Shown: piece after piece, positions 37,024 to 37,964 of the stretch
Position numbering within the stretch: the stretch's first letter is position 1
Layout of the letters: each line of letters opens with the position of its first letter
NCBI GenBank assembly: GCA_000934665.2
Contig: JYFJ02004056.1
Span: 1 to 37,964, forward strand
Direction of reading: 5' to 3'
DNA length: 37,964 nt
Origin: Catajapyx aquilonaris
Lineage: Eukaryota
The notes under the pieces: generated by a model
Told to the model about the DNA's origin: nothing
The model's input: the letters and a program-made list of their open reading frames with translations, nothing else
Database searches by the model: none
Made by a program: the position numbers and the translations under genes

Positions 37024-37964
37024 TAAAACAAGTTTGACATAATTATACTGTATATGCATTGCAGTAATCATAATATGATGCTTGCGGTAAAAGGTGTTAG
37101 CCTCTGCTCATAAAGAAACTTTATATTGTGACCAGACGAATTAAGATTCAAGCCTCACCTTTGTTTGGCCTATTTCTTGGAAAGTTGACGCCCAGTCACC
37201 ATTAGGCATATGCTCATCGCTGATGATTTTGGGCACGAGTGTACCGTATCCTTCGAATAATCTGCGAATAATATAGGGTTAGACTAAATCATAAGCGGAA
37301 AATGTACAACTGATAACTTATATGACAAATATTAGGTAGGTATAATATGCTCCCGTGGTATATACAGTATAGGGGTGAGGGGTATGAGCATGGGGAGCAA
37401 AAATTAATCACATAAAATTGCTTACCCTTCATTTAAAGTAGGCCTAATATCGTGACCGCTTCCATTACTATGCTCATTATATTGGTAGGCCCAATTCACC
37501 AGCCGAAGTTTTATAGCGTGCATATAATGTTTCCAGTAACTCCAGCATAACCTCCTGAGACCTGAGAAGAATTTTTTAACGCAATGTCAGTTCCTATTGC
37601 ACTTTCTGAACATTTTCCCAATAAGAAACGAGAAAAAAAAATTAGTTTTAAAATATCTACAAAAATGGCGACAAACAACCAATGAGAACATTGGGATTCA
37701 TTTGCTGCTACAAAAGCAGAACGGATGAAAGCTGAAAATTGAAATACCACTTAATGGATCACTCACATAGTGCTCTATCCTCCAAACAATGTTTTTAAAA
37801 TTCATTTGTGGAATTAGTGGTAGCAATTCCTCTCAGAAGACAATTAAAGATAAATGAAATTATTTTTTAACGCCACCACTCCAGGGATGGGGCTTGCTCC
37901 TTCCCTTCTTACCCGCTAGAGTGGTACCTTGCTATTCTAGATTTTAAAACTGAACTGCACAGTG

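Overview
Eukaryotic (most likely arthropod) genomic DNA. The window is dominated by one intron-rich gene on the minus strand: an NK2.1-class homeobox gene (scarecrow/scro, orthologue of vertebrate NKX2-1/2-4). Four coding exons splice in consistent phase (18534-18386, 16125-15905, 8388-8225, 2804-2709). They give 210 codons from [17 protein letters not shown] (TN/eh1 motif) to homeodomain residue 44. The exon with helix 3 (VKIWFQN) is not in the window and should lie beyond coordinate 1. A GC-rich island at about 31.0-31.65 kb looks like the promoter and first exon. The rest is intron/intergenic DNA carrying many non-autonomous inverted-repeat transposons (MITEs, some nested), two tRNA-derived SINEs, microsatellites and several long perfect palindromes. 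The short motifs TAGGCCTA, TAG(G/C)CTA and TAC(A/T)GTA look over-represented and may be transposon excision scars. I found no prokaryote-type system, CRISPR array or transposase. The most novel leads are a 115-codon Met-less His/Ala-rich in-frame N-terminal extension, the putative footprint motifs, and the spacer-less palindromes. All coordinates and counts were made by eye.
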